Below, piece after piece: positions 22,988 to 33,694 of a stretch of DNA of 64,000 nucleotides; the stretch's first letter is position 1, and the number at the start of each line of letters is the position of its first letter. This DNA comes from Carpediemonas membranifera BICM. Its lineage: Eukaryota > Protista > Fornicata. The DNA is taken from NCBI GenBank assembly GCA_019828565.1, contig JAHDYR010000062.1, positions 483,666-547,665 on the forward strand, read 5' to 3'. The translations under genes and the position numbers were made by a program. The notes beneath the pieces are model-generated. The model was not told where the DNA came from. It did not search any database and saw only the letters and a list, made by a program, of their open reading frames with translations.

Positions 22988-25900
22988 TTACCCGTCTTTC
23001 CGGAGGTTCAGAAGGGCACGTCTGCCGTTCTGCAGTCCCTCTCTGACGGTATGGTCCTCGCTGCGGAGGAGCCAGAGCATTTCCAGGATTGCCCTTGAGT
23101 TGTACCACTCCGCCTCCTGCCCTTGCCTTAGGGCGTGGTACTGTGTGCGTAGATGCGCCTCCGCCAGGATGTCATTCCATCCTTCTGGGCGTTCTACCGC
23201 CTTGCATTGGCAGATGATGTGGCTTTGTGTTCCCAGGGGCTGGTTGTATGCCCATTCTGAGAGGATTTTTGGTGGTTTCCGCTGCGGTTCTGGTGACAGT
23301 GTACAGGCGAGTAATGGTGTCACCTTCTGAGTCCAGGGTACATAGGGGGCAACACCGCTTGATCCTGCTCAGGAGGGCCTGGGGCTGGCCGATCGCGCTC
23401 CCAAGTATGGCTCTGCTTCTGCCACTGTTGCTGGGGGAGGGGAGTGTGTTGGATGCAGTCATGATTACTCTCTTGACTTCCCGTCTGGTTATCATCTCAC
23501 CCTTGATCATTCCTGGTTTCTTGGGTCTCTTCCCTTGCTGCATGCTGAGGATGACTTCCGGGGCTAGTACTGTTGCCACCCCTTTGGCCGTTCGGCTCCC
23601 GGTGTGCAGTAGTTCTTCTGCTGTGAGGGTCCAGCCTCCCCTCTTTGCTCTTTTCCCTGGCGGGCATCTCCTCCTGTGTGCCCTGGAGGACGCTCCGTCG
23701 CCATTGGTAGAGGCGATGTAAGACCGATCCTCTCTCCGCTGTCGCCCAGTCCAGATTCCCTAGGGGGGTCGGACGGTCCGGGTCGTGCGCAGACTCATAG
23801 AGCCTCACCGCTCTCTGCCCCATATCTGCCTCCCAGCACATCCATCCCATTAGTACACGGGCGGCTCCTCCTCCCCCTGGTCCTGTGCCTGCCATTAGGC
23901 CGCGCCAGTTGTTCCAGATGGCTCTTCCCCCTGAGCGCTTGGCCCCAGATCTCGATCCCGAACTCGATCTTGGGCCAGAGGAAGGTTCTGAGGATGGATT
24001 CCGAGGTGGCGGCCGGGGTGGATCCTTTGGTCCACCCTGCTCTCCTGCCAGGGCTAGGTATTTCCGGGATTGTGACGTCTTCATTTTGATGCATGCTGCC
24101 AACGGATTCTTCCCGCTGGCTAGCCAGAGTCCCAGATACCTTGCTGAGTCTGACGCCAGTGTGGGGAGTTCCTTGGATGCTGACCGCTGCAGTTACGTCG
24201 GTACTTATCACCACACTTTTGCCTGGGCTGGTCTGGAGTCCATGGGCTTCAATTACCCTGACCACTGCGTCTGTGCCTTCTTCGGCGAGCTGCGGGGTCT
24301 CGGCTGAGATGCTTGTATCATCTACAAACATTGCAATGAGGCAGTTTTTGGGCCTATCGTCCGTTGGAGGGAGGCCGGGGTCCGGGATCTCTCTATGCCG
24401 GAGGTACAGTGCCGCCTGGCTTAGCCAGTTAGCTGTGAAGAGAATGAACAGAGTGGGGGCCACCACACATCCTTGCTTGACCCCCATGTTTGTTCTGGAC
24501 CATGTGCTTGCCCCTCGTACCGAGATGTACGTTTCTGTAAGTGTATTTCGGATGGCCCTCGTCAGTCTTGGGTGTACCCCCATGAGCGTCAACTTGTTCA
24601 CCAGCAGGTCCCTTGGGACCGTATCATATGCTTTTGCTATGTCAAGTAGGACGCTGGTACGGTTTCCGGACTGGTGGAGTTGGGCTAGGAGGGCTATGTG
24701 ATCCACTACAGTTTTCCCTTTCATGAACCCAACTTGCTCTCTGGGGATGAACTTCTCCACCGTCGGCCTGAGGCGCCATTTCAGTATCCTCCCGTAGGCT
24801 CTGTATAGGAGGGGGTGAGGGAGATCGGTCTGTACGAGCTGGGCGTGAGCTTGTCCTTCCCAACCTTGTGGATAGGCGACACCGCTGCATACTTCCATGT
24901 GGTTGGCATGGTCCCGCTGTCGTATACTTTCGCGAGCAGGACTGTGATTGCCTCGTACGCTGACTCGGGGAGGTCCCTCAGACAATCTCCAATAATCCCG
25001 TCCGGGCCTCCGGCCGAGGACTTCCTTATGGACTTGACCGCAGCTGTCACTTCTTCAAGCGATGGCGGATGGTCCTCCATGTCCGTTTCCGGCTCGGTTT
25101 CCCAGGTGGGTTCCTTCCCGGAGCTTACCTTCGCGTACTGCTCCTGGAGGGAGTCTGCAATCTCCCTCTGCCTTGCTAGAATCTTGTTTCCAGCCTTCAG
25201 CATCACCGGGAGACCGGCGTGCTGCTTCTCGTTCCAGAAGCGGAACACTTGGTTTGCGAGGATCCTTTTTGTCGTTTTGTACCCATCACGGGATCCAACC
25301 TCAACCTGCTCATTCCAGTCATGTTGGAAGGTCCTCCATGATCTGCTCAGCGCTCCGTTGAGGGACTTTTTTGATATCTTTGGCGGCGGTTTTGCTCCAG
25401 GTGGAGGCTTTGGCCAGCCGTTCCCATACCTCACTAGGGATACGTTCCTGGTTTTCTACAGCGAATGGGTGCCTTCTGGAGGTAGCAAACCCGGTGGACA
25501 ACCATTTCCTTATGAGAGTCTCCATCTCGTCCACTGGTATTTTGCTGTCTAGTGGTGGCCACTCTTCTAGCTTGGGCCCTGTTCTCCTGGGTTTGACCAG
25601 CCACGTATCGATCCGTGGGATTTCCAGTCTCTTTGATATCTCTGGTTTCCCTGTCGGGTTGCTATCCCAGGTGAGCTCTATGGCTTTGTGTGCCGACCCC
25701 CAATGCCCGATTGTGGTCTTGTCTATTACCCTAACAACCGGGTTTTGGATACCCCCTGTTACCGCTGCATAGTCTATTGTGGACGTTCGGGAGTTAGTCC
25801 CGTACGTCGGTGCAGTTGGTGCTATTGGGGTGAGGTTCCATCGCTGGAGGGTCATCGCAGTTGCTTGCCTGAGTTTCCCTGGCCTCCTGTTCCAGTCCCC

Positions 25901-26350
25901 GATGATGATGATGTCACACCCCTCATAGTTCGCGACTGTTTGCTCTAGCATCCGGTCGAACTCCTCAATCTCGGGTCGTGCACATCCACTATCGGGAGCG
26001 TAGATATTGATGACTGCCGTGGTCCTCGATGCTTTGAGGATGCTTACTTGGATTCGTGGGTTCGTCCCGTCGGACACGCCTACGTCCCATTCCGCTTTGG
26101 AGTGCGGGCTAATCAGTGTGGCCAGTCCCTTTGTGGGTCGCTTGCGCGTTGCCTCTAATGGCTTGACCTCTCCTGCACAGGCGTACTGGAGATCTACCCA
26201 GCAAGGGATGGTGGTATTACCGTACCGCTTGGTTTCCTGGAGGAGGATCGCATCAGTCCTTATCCTCTTGCGGATGGATAAAGCTATGGATCCGCTGTAA
26301 TCGTTTGCGCCCGCTAGGTGCCCTTCGCTGTTTAGCGATATTATTCTCAT
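22988..26350 (-). CDS. LINE B ORF2: APE endonuclease, reverse transcriptase and C-terminal Cys/His finger; several frameshifts
   Basis: ISLNSEG, LLQET, INIYAP, IGDWN, TIDY, SAH; AGGPDGI, YRPISLT, QVGF, LDIAKAYDTV, GVKQGCVVAPTLF, MFVDD; CPLC...SHIICQC. Confidence 0.9.
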
Positions 26351-26924
26351 TCAGGTTGTTCTGACATAAACTGCGGGAGTTACCCTGCGCGCACTAATCT
26401 GCTCTTTGTAGACATTCCCTTTTTGGGCGTACCTTTTGGTGGGTTGCTGAGGCCTCTAACTGAGCAGTCGTTTCCTTTTGGGCAGGCTTGTGCCTGTATT
26501 CCCTTAGTTCCCGGCCTAGGGCATACCATTCCCTTTCACAGTCGGGGCCTCACGATGCTTGTCGGCATTGCTGCCGGTCTCCGCTTAGCTTCCTTCCTCG
26601 CCGCATGGCAGGACCATTTCCTAACGAGCTTAGGTGGGAGCGACAGTGGTTGTTGCCCCTCCCAAGGCTGGAGTTACAGCCTGCCGGACAGGCAGGGCTC
26701 TTTTTACCTTTTGGTAACCCTGCCCCCGGCCCCTGTGGGGCACAGGGGTTTGTTGAAAAAGAGAATGTGTTGCATTATTGCTCCCGCCGGAATGGTTCGC
26801 CGGTGTCCATTTGGACTTTAAGGCCCTACTAGTCACAGCCTGGCCATATATGCTGGTTCATATATATACTTTTAGCTCAGACTTATATCACACTACCCTC
26901 TGCACCTCTTACTTATGATTGTTT

Positions 26925-29900
26925 CTACTCTCCTTCCTTCTCCTCGTCTCTCTTCCTTCTCAGGTCAGACCTGAAGTTATCCATCTTGGCTGCTAGGGTG
27001 AAGCTGAGGGCTTCGTTGGTTGCCGAGAGTCGGGCCGCGCGGCTGAGTAAGTCCTCGTTCTCTTCGGTTAGAGACGAGCACTTCTCCGTTGTCTTCCTGA
27101 GGTCCTTCCGCATCTCGTCCAACGCAGCTTGGGCTGCTCTCCGGGCTTCCCGTTCTTCCTCCAGCTCCTGGCTTTTGGCCTTGAGCTCGTTGATGGTTCT
27201 GGCTGCAGCTTCTTCCAGCTGTTGTCTGACCTCTGCTTCTCGCCGAGCCATGGCTTGGTCCAGCAGGGCCGCTATGCCTCTGCCCAGGTCGGTGTCCTCC
27301 TGTCGTGCTCTTTTGGGCTGCAGGTCCTCTTGGTCCACCTGTCTGACCTGGCGGGTCTTGGCTGATGGGTTGGGGGTATGGGGGGGGCACAGCTCTTAGT
27401 TGGAGGGGGCCCGGGCTCTGTTCGCTCTGTCCTGCTACTTTGCGGTTGTTCAGTGACAATTTGCCCGCGTGGAGGGCCATATAGGCCCCCTATGCCGCCA
27501 TTCGGCAGGTAGACCTCCGTCCTCCTGTGGAGCATCTTGGCGAGTTCAGTAGCCCTTCGTCTCACCTTTGTTCGAAGCGCCTGCTTCCTCTCGGTCCTCA
27601 GTCTGTTCTTGGCGTTAGTGCTGGCGCCTTCCGGGAAAACACAGTTCAGCGTGTCCCATGGCTTCCCCCCTTTTGGGTGTTCCACGCCTGAGCCCGCCAG
27701 GGCGAGTTTGCCTATCCAGGAGGCGCTCCTCAAGGAGCCTACTCGCTTCTTCCCTCTTTCTGCTGGTTCGTCCGTGATACCCCAGTCCCGGGGGAGGAAC
27801 GAGGGGAGGAAGTTGATGGAGCCTGTCTCCGGGTCGACACACATGTTGGCCAGGAGTTCTCGGTCGTCGGCTGGGACCTCCGTGAAGTAGTTGAAGATCT
27901 TCTTCCTGGCTTCTCTGCCCATGTGGCCTCCAGCTATGTCGAATTTGTGGACGGGCATCAAAGACGCCGCTTGGGATAGGGTCATCGTTTTGGTGTCGCT
28001 GACGTCTAGAGTAAGCATCTTTTCCGCGTCTATTTCCGTGGGCTCCCCCCTCAGGTTCGCCCAAGGGAAACCGTCTTGGACAGCGCGGCTGCGCCCGTTC
28101 CACTCCGAGTGGATTTCCAGGAGGATAGGTCGCGCTGGTTCGCCTACTCTCGCGAGCGATTCTGGGTTTCCGATGATCACGGCTGTTCCTTCCAGGGCTC
28201 TGGTGATACCCTTTCCGGAGCTGAAATCGTTTTCCTCCCAGTTTGTCATGATAATCTGGTCCCGTTTGGGGTTCTTGGTGCCAAAGAGGTTGACTTGTTG
28301 GGACAATGGGGTTAGGCGACCGGCCGCCACGGTGCCGAGGCCGTGTCTGGCGTTGACTTTGGTCGCCAGGTCCTTGTATTGATCATGGTACGGCGACTCC
28401 CTGCCCATGAGCATGCTTCCTAGGGCTGTGAGGTGGGCTTCTACCTGCCCCCAGTCCCAGCCTGGGTTGTCTCTCATCCAGAACGCTGTTGCTAGTCTGG
28501 CGTAGAATATGGAGACATCTGCTAGGGCGCAGTGGCAGTGGTGGGGTGCGTACTTGTGATAGGGGCACACCACTTTTGCCTCCGGGCGCTGTTGGTACCT
28601 TCTGGTCCAGGTCCGGCCCAGTTCGGACTGGGGTCGGGAGGGGAGGCCGGTGAGGCTCTTCTCCCCACTATTGGGGGTAGAACCAGGTCAGCGTGTCGAG
28701 GATGTTGGGGAAGATCGTGTTGAGGTCAGTTTCATCCATGAGGCGTAAGCTTAGCCAGGTGCGGAGGTTCCCGTCTGGAACGAACTTCTCACTGGTCAAG
28801 ATGCTTCTCTCAGCCTCGACTCCCTTAGCCACGATGTGGACGTGGGTCTTCTGTGGCCCCGAGTCGTCTTCCAGTCTCTTCAGCTCTGTTGCCATCTCGG
28901 TGCACCATCGCTTGGCGTGGGGGAAGTCTGCTTCGTATCCCTTGGGGGCTTTGCCCGTGGTGACGTCGACAAACGTAGCTGGTGGGCAGCCATGGATGTA
29001 GTGCGTGGCCCACAGACATTGGTCCAGAGCATCCACTGTGATGTCCTCCCCAAGCATCCCGTGCATGTAGTAGAGGATTTGCTCGTTAGCTGGGTCGAAA
29101 ATCAGTGCCGCCCCTTCGCAAATGATGGCCTCGTCTCCTTGGTTGGATCTGGCTCTTCCTTCCTCAAAGTCCACCATAGCGATCAACTGCCTGGTGGTGT
29201 TGGCTCGTTGGGTGATATTGGAACGAGGCGGGCTAGCTCCCATGCTGGGCCCGCATGTGCCCTTGTTTGGCGTGGTAGGTGTGTCATCAGGGCCGGAAGT
29301 CCTGCTGCCGCTCGGGCCCAGGGGGGTTTCTTCTTCGTTAGTACCCAGGGCTCCATGAGATGCCCCGTCCCGTACGGGCTCTACAACTTGGGTCTGCCCC
29401 GTTGTGAGCCAGTAGTTAGTGATGTTGCGCGTCAGAAAGGAGGCAGACACCAGTTCGCGGGCAATCCTCGCGGGTGGGGGCCAGAGACGCCTGGTCTTAT
29501 CCCATGCCGACCAGAGTTCGGGGAAGCCGGGGACTGACCACCGTTGGATGAGGTCTCTGACCTCCTCCCTCAGGTCTGCCTCTGCTGCAGAAGGCTCTTC
29601 TTCCAGGGGTGGGGGTGGGAAGACTGGCCTCATCACACCCTCGGTTCTGCTGTAGATGAGGATCTCCTCGACGGGGCCCTGGGTCCAGATCTGGATGGGC
29701 GTGCCGTCTGGTCTGCGGAAACCTCCCTCCGGGGGGTGAGGGGCGTGGTAGCCTTGCCCTTTGGCTAGTTCCCGGCCTAGGTCGGCCCAGAGCTTCTTGT
29801 TTTCGCGTCCTAGTGAGGGGGAGCCCTCTGGCTGCAGCTCCCGCGGAGATGGCGTGTCCGGCGGCATGGAGGAGCCACATTGCAGCCTCCATCCCGTACT

Positions 29901-30774
29901 TGGTCTGGATGCCGTTGCCTGAGATCGAAGAATGTCCTGCAGCTTGCAGCGATGTTGCCACGAGCTCTAGGAGGAGCGTCCTTGCGACCTTTCCCGTTCG
30001 GGCAGTGAAGTCCGTTGCGTCATCTCTGGTGAAGACCATGGCAACGTCCCTTGTGGGAATTGCCGCATCTGCTGAGGCTCTGATGCAGTCCCATTCGTCC
30101 GGTGTGGCCAGTTGCTTGCCCAGTGGCGTTAACGACTCCTTGATCCCATTTGGGGTGGTGTTTGCGCAATCCAAGGCGTCTGGGACGCTTTGGAAGCTGT
30201 TCGAGGTCATTGTGTGGCGTGGTCTCGAAAAGTCCCGGTTATGGATTCGGCCGAGATCAAGGCCCTCCTCCACGGGGAGAAGTGATGGGGTGTGTCGCTC
30301 ACTAGCTGGTGCCGTCTGGCTCGTCTGGTGGGGATGTGCTACGTACTTGGAGTAGTCCGCCTGGACTCTGGGGTAGAACACAAATTTGGGGGACCCTGGG
30401 CGAAGCCGGCTTAGTGTCTCTGCCTGCTCTAGGTCCAGCCGGTTCCCTTCAATGAATAGCCAGTATGGCTGTTGGGCGGCTTTTGTGTACCGTCTCAGGA
30501 GAGGAAGTGATGCAAACAGCTTCTTGGCCCGGCTTTTCCGGAGCTCCCCTGGGCCTTCCTTTGCTGTAAAGCTTCCCTGTTCTGGGTCTACAATCTTGTC
30601 GTATCCTATCGCGTTGCCGAGCTGGATAATGGACGTATTTGCTTTTTCCCTTCTGGTTTTCCTGAGATCCCTTCTGGGTGCAGCCTTAAGGGCGAATAAG
30701 CCATAAATCATGCTTTCTTCCCTATCTGGCATGTCCCTGTTGGGATATTCCCCTGTTTCCATTTGGAGTGGCAA
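26925..30774 (-). CDS. LINE B ORF1 (~1250 aa reconstructed) with MAEL/arenavirus-NP-like DEDDh exonuclease domain and C-terminal coiled coil; start uncertain
   Basis: Overlapping frames 29497-30774, 28668-29867, 27272-28573 and 26925-27338. Removing one base from the G5 run at 28673-28677 joins WFYP to NSGEK...VVCPYH. Homologous to LINE A ORF1 along its length. Confidence 0.8.
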
Positions 30775-32737
30775 AAGGCGGGAAGTGCACTTTTGCCAGC
30801 TTCTTGGAGGGGCTTGAGGAGGTTTGGTGGAGGTTCCAAGGGGCGCCAGCCAGCGATGTCCTGGTCTTGTATGGCTCCTTTCCCTTCCTCAGGGCGGATG
30901 GTTCAGGGGCGAGGTATGCGAGGTTTGTTGCGGACCTTGTTTCCACACAAAACATGTCTGGCGAAAACCCAAAAGGGAACCTTATTGCAGGGACAGAGAG
31001 CATCGCCCCACACGGGGCTGCTGTCCCTTATTCCCCATGCGTCCGTTCCATCTCTCCTTCCACCTTCACGCCTCCTCCTGGCCATTCGGCCGGCGCCTCC
31101 GCTGCCCAGCGGTCCCCAGAGGGGGAGGTGCATTACCAGGGGTTATGCACTCCGATCCCTATCGATTCCTTGGCCCGAGTACGGCCTGGACTCCGATTTC
31201 GGGGGCGCCGCCTCTTTCCCGGGAAGCAGGGCCCTCTTCGCACTCCGACGGGGGATCCCGTATTCCCCTCCGGCCCCAGGGTAGTCCCTTGCCTTGTGGC
31301 GGCAGGGGCTTCACCCCTCCTTCTCGGGAGTCCCCGACTCCTGGCCCGGCGACTCCTCGGGGTTGGGAGGCGCATTTCCTGCGGTCCATAGCTGACGATT
31401 TTGCCCAGGTGGACGTCCTGGCCAGCCGGTGGCGGGAGCGTGCCGCTGCCTTTTCCTACCTGGCTCAGAATTACCGTGACGAGGACCTGAGTCCCCACGA
31501 GTCTAAGTCGGCTCGGGGTTTCGACGCTGAGCTGAGGGGCCAAATGCGGGTCTATAGGCGCCTTCGTGCTCGCATAGACGCCCGGCTGCACCAGCTGGTT
31601 GCCATTCACGCCCCTCGTCCTGTATCTTGTGGTCGCAGCCCGGTTGTTTCCTTCCTGGTAAACACCGTGATGGTTTATGCCTTTTGGCTTCGGCTGGGCG
31701 TTTCTTGTGGGGCTGTGGACGGGGCCCTCAGCGCTCCCGGTCTGTTGTCCGGTATGGCTGGTGTACTGGGGGCCTGTTGTGGTGGCCCTGTTGCCTATAC
31801 CGGCGGCGGGCGGTGATCCCGGCTCTCGTGGCGATGACGTCCACAAGCCCGGTCTTGGGCGGCATGAGAGCACGGGCGCCGGAGTAGTGTGGCCCAGTGG
31901 CCTCCCAGTGAGAGCCTATTGGCCGCCGGTCCCGGTGCTCTCGGGTTACTTTGCCATATGGCCCCAGTTAAGTTGTCTGAGGCAATCGTGTCGCAGTGCC
32001 TCTGGGGCCTACTGCGGGTACCGGTTACGGTAAGGGTTTCAATCATAAAGGTGGCGCAGTACGCTTGTTCGCGTTGATTTCCCTTGTGGGTTTGTGCGAG
32101 GAGCGTTTAGTTGCGACTGGTCCCCTTGTGGGTCCCAGGAGCATGGGCGGTAGGTTTTGTTTGTTGTTAGAGTACTGTGTATTCTGTCAACGCTTTCCTA
32201 CCGAGGCTAACTTATTCCCTTTTGGGTGGTTTTTGCCTCTGTGCATTTTTGGGCACACGAGGACGATCATCTATTGCTCGACATAGCTTGGCGCACGGCG
32301 AGGTATACAGGGCAGGGGAGTGGGCTCCAGGTGGGGTGCGCACCCCACCTGGAGCAGCCAGTTGTCCTCTGCCGGCCCGCTCTGGCGCTAACCTGCTTCG
32401 CAACGGGCGATCTCCTCCGGGGAGCAATTTGCTTCCCCAATGTGCCCTATGGCTAGTGGGTTAGGAGAATACTTCCCATTTCTGCTCTCGTGCCCCAGAG
32501 CAGACGAACTCTTGGTCCTGAAATTACCATTTGGTGGATGCTGGCGCCGCGGGGCACCGTCGCTCGCTTCGAGCTCGAATAGCTTTCAATGAGATCCGAT
32601 AAATCCCGATTGCCAGCTTTTGGCCTTTTTCCGGTTGGTTTCGTCAACTTCCCATACCGGACATTTCAACTAGCGGCGCAGACGTACTGGCACGGCGCCT
32701 TGTTATTGCTCGAGGCCGTGGTGATGACGCAGTGCAC

Positions 32738-33694
32738 GACCGACTGAGGGGCGGGTTGAGACTGTTTCCGAGCCCTCTTGTCCTTCTTCTTCGAATAGGT
32801 CTGGAAGGGGATGCTGATGTAGCGCGAAACCGGAGGCTGCCATACCACAGTGCTAGTGGTACCTGATGCTGCCTGCAGGTTGTCCTGCAGCCTTGATAGG
32901 TTGATCTCGCCGAAGTCCTTGAGGAACACACCCTTGACCTTACCCTCGGTGTTGATCTGGTAAGACGAGGGGGCGAGTCCATCCAGAGCGTGGATAAGGG
33001 CATGACGAAGAGAACAAGCCATCGCTTGCTTCTTCTTGTAGAGAGCTCGGATATCATCTGGCAGAATAGCCCAGCACACCTCTGAAACCGCAACAGGCAT
33101 GGCTTGAGCACAATCGCGTTGAAAGTAGAATACTTCTTTTGCAATTGCAATCAGGATTTCTCGTTTTTGGGTCTTTTCCATGATGCCTGTATGTGCACTT
33201 TAAGGTTGAAGATTGCTCACACAATTTGACTTTTCTTTATCGAATGGGATAAAGTTGAAGTAAATAAAGTACTATTCCGTTGCTAGGACAGCAAGGGGAT
33301 GTTACAGTAGGAGTTTCAACACTTTTTGAGAGGATACCCCTCAGAGGTGACAGTGCAACACCCGAAATTTTGTCTATACACGTCATATACAAGGTCTAAT
33401 GCATCTTTGCCAACCACTTTTAGCGTTTGTATGTGTCAGACGATCGAGTTCTGAAGAGCGACTTTGGCCAAGTCATGCGACCTTATCCTGCACTGACGAT
33501 ACGGAAAACGATCATAAATATTTTTTGTGACATCGACATGCGCTAATAATGTTTCCAGAGGTAGAACTAGGCTAGTAGAAGACTGTCACCCACTTTGGGG
33601 ATGATCCGACGACATCGATCAAAATCAATCAAGGATTCCGGGACTTGATTCTGGGACTTTAAGTCCCGGTTAGAGTACCGGAAAAAACAGCATG
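32738..33694 (-). mobile_element. Putative DNA-transposon remnant with one terminus at 33694 and an ORF starting at 33181
   Basis: Terminus TTCCGGGACTT, TTCTGGGACTT, AAGTCCCGG, GTACCGGAA...CAGCATG resembles 1224-1282 and abruptly interrupts LINE C ORF2. Interior is more AT-rich. No transposase motif recognised. Confidence 0.4.

Larger units (their letters stand above)
21968..32671 (-). mobile_element. APE-type non-LTR retrotransposon (LINE B), about 10.7 kb, apparently full length; diverged relative of A/C
   Basis: 17-bp TSD AGCGGCGCAGACGTACT at 21951-21967 and 32672-32688. 3' end TAAA(TTTC)4, seen on the plus strand as (GAAA)4 at 21968-21983. Contains ORF1 and an APE-RT-CCHC ORF2. Confidence 0.93.
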
